Virus record (IMG/VR): IMGVR_UViG_2737471841_000009
Coordinates: 1 to 14,893 of that record
Strand: one strand, 5' to 3'
Origin: a virus
Lineage: Duplodnaviria; Heunggongvirae; Uroviricota; Caudoviricetes
Length of the DNA stretch: 14,893 nt
Numbering within the stretch: position 1 is the stretch's first letter; every line of letters starts with the position of its first letter. The notes beneath the pieces were generated by a model that worked only from the letters and a program-made list of their open reading frames with translations, was not told the origin of the DNA and did not search any database. Position numbers and translations under genes: made by a program. This document shows, one piece after another, positions 13,640 through 14,893 of this stretch.

Positions 13640-14893
13640 TTACGCACGAATGGTGTAATCACCAATGCCGATCCACTTGTAAGTGGTCAGTGCTTCCAGC
13701 CCCATTGGGCCACGCGCGTGGAGTTTTTGTGTGCTTACCGCCACTTCCGCACCCAGACCAAACTGGCCGCCGTCGGTAAAACGCGTAGAGGCGTTAACGT
13801 AAACAGCGGACGAATCCACTTCGTTAACAAAACGCTGGGCGTTGCGCATATCGCGGGTCAGGATCGCATCGGAGTGTTGTGTGCCGTGTTCACGAATATG
13901 GGCGATGGCATCGTCAAGATCGCTGACGATTTTGACGTTCAAATCTAATGACAGAAACTCATCGTCATACTCTTCGGCTTTAACAGCAACCACCTTCGCA
14001 GGGCCTGCCTGCAACTGCGCCAGTGCAGCTGCATCTGCGTGTAATGTCACGCCGCTTTCCGCCATTTGTTTGCTTAATGCGGGCAGGAAGCTATCGGCGA
14101 TGTTTTTATTCACCAGCAACGTTTCAACCGTATTACATGTGCTCGGACGCTGAGTTTTCGCGTTGACGATCACTTTTAATGCTTCAGCGATCTCTACACT
14201 TTCATCAACGTAAATATGGCATACGCCTATACCACCTGTGATCACCGGGATTGTCGACTGTTCACGGCACAGTTTATGCAAACCAGCGCCACCACGCGGG
14301 ATCAGCATGTCGATGTATTTATCCATACGCAGCATTTCACTGACCAGCGCACGGTCAGGATTATCAATCGCCTGCACGGCACCCGCCGGTAAGCCGCAGG
14401 ATTTCAGGGCGTCCTGAATCACCGCCACCGTTGCAGCGTTAGTGCGACACGTTTCTTTGCCACCGCGCAGGATCACCGCATTACCGGTTTTCAGGCACAG
14501 CGAAGCGACATCAACCGTCACGTTCGGGCGCGCTTCATAAATCACGCCAATAACCCCCAGCGGTACGCGACGACGCTCAAGACGCAGGCCGCTGTCCAGT
14601 ACGCTGCCATCGATTACCTGCCCCACCGGATCGGCGAGGTTACACACCTGGCGCACATCATCGGCAATGCCTTTCAGCCGTGCGGGCGTCAGTGCCAGAC
14701 GGTCAAGCATCGCTTCGCCAAGGCCATTGGCACGCGCGTCAGCAACATCCTGGGCGTTAGCGTTGAGGATGATTTCGCTTTGTGCTTCCAGTTCATCGGC
14801 GATTTTTTCCAGCACGCGATTTTTTTCGCGGCTGGAGAGTTGCGCTAATTTATACGAGGCTTGCTTCGCGGCAATGCCCATTTGTTCCAGCAT
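13640..14893 (-). CDS. proA: Gamma-glutamyl phosphate reductase (glutamate-5-semialdehyde dehydrogenase)
   Basis: 417-aa ORF whose ATG is the last three bases of the window. Sequence matches my recollection of E. coli ProA ([50 protein letters not shown]...). Confidence 0.93.
   Translation of the reverse strand: MLEQMGIAAKQASYKLAQLSSREKNRVLEKIADELEAQSEIILNANAQDVADARANGLGEAMLDRLALTPARLKGIADDVRQVCNLADPVGQVIDGSVLDSGLRLERRRVPLGVIGVIYEARPNVTVDVASLCLKTGNAVILRGGKETCRTNAATVAVIQDALKSCGLPAGAVQAIDNPDRALVSEMLRMDKYIDMLIPRGGAGLHKLCREQSTIPVITGGIGVCHIYVDESVEIAEALKVIVNAKTQRPSTCNTVETLLVNKNIADSFLPALSKQMAESGVTLHADAAALAQLQAGPAKVVAVKAEEYDDEFLSLDLNVKIVSDLDDAIAHIREHGTQHSDAILTRDMRNAQRFVNEVDSSAVYVNASTRFTDGGQFGLGAEVAVSTQKLHARGPMGLEALTTYKWIGIGDYTIRA

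Noticed and set aside
13559-14153. Plus-strand ORFs 13559-13948 and 13842-14153
   Set aside because: Antisense to the highly conserved proA coding sequence.
1-14893. CRISPR arrays, rRNA genes or IS elements
   Set aside because: No regularly spaced direct repeats, no rRNA-like conserved blocks, and no transposase-like ORFs flanked by terminal inverted repeats were seen.

Overview
This window is the proA–thrW junction of an Escherichia coli-type chromosome, with a mosaic and probably defective prophage integrated at the 3' end of tRNA-Thr (thrW). All calls rest on reading the supplied sequence and ORF track plus recalled family signatures; no database search was run. From right to left: host proA (13640-14893, -), thrW (13450-13525, -), a P22-type integrase and 116-aa excisionase, a block colinear with the K-12 CPS-53 genes yfdP-yfdQ-yfdR-yfdS-yfdT, a GC-rich ORF-poor structured segment, and a short early-left operon led by a ClpX-type zinc-finger protein from a PL/OL region (~8231-8290). 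Left of that is the immunity module: a LexA-like autocleavable CI repressor (+), divergent Cro-like and CII/YdaT-like genes (-). Further left are an AT-rich AppY/Rns-like AraC-family regulator and a Mu/e14-like baseplate and tail-fibre module (1-4397, -) whose first gene looks 5'-disrupted. Replication, lysis and head genes are absent from the window. The most interesting element is a 296-aa protein (7290-8180, -) in the moron slot between cI and OL, combining four tandem ~40-aa repeats with a C-terminal BRCT domain; I recognise no described defence or exclusion family with this architecture.
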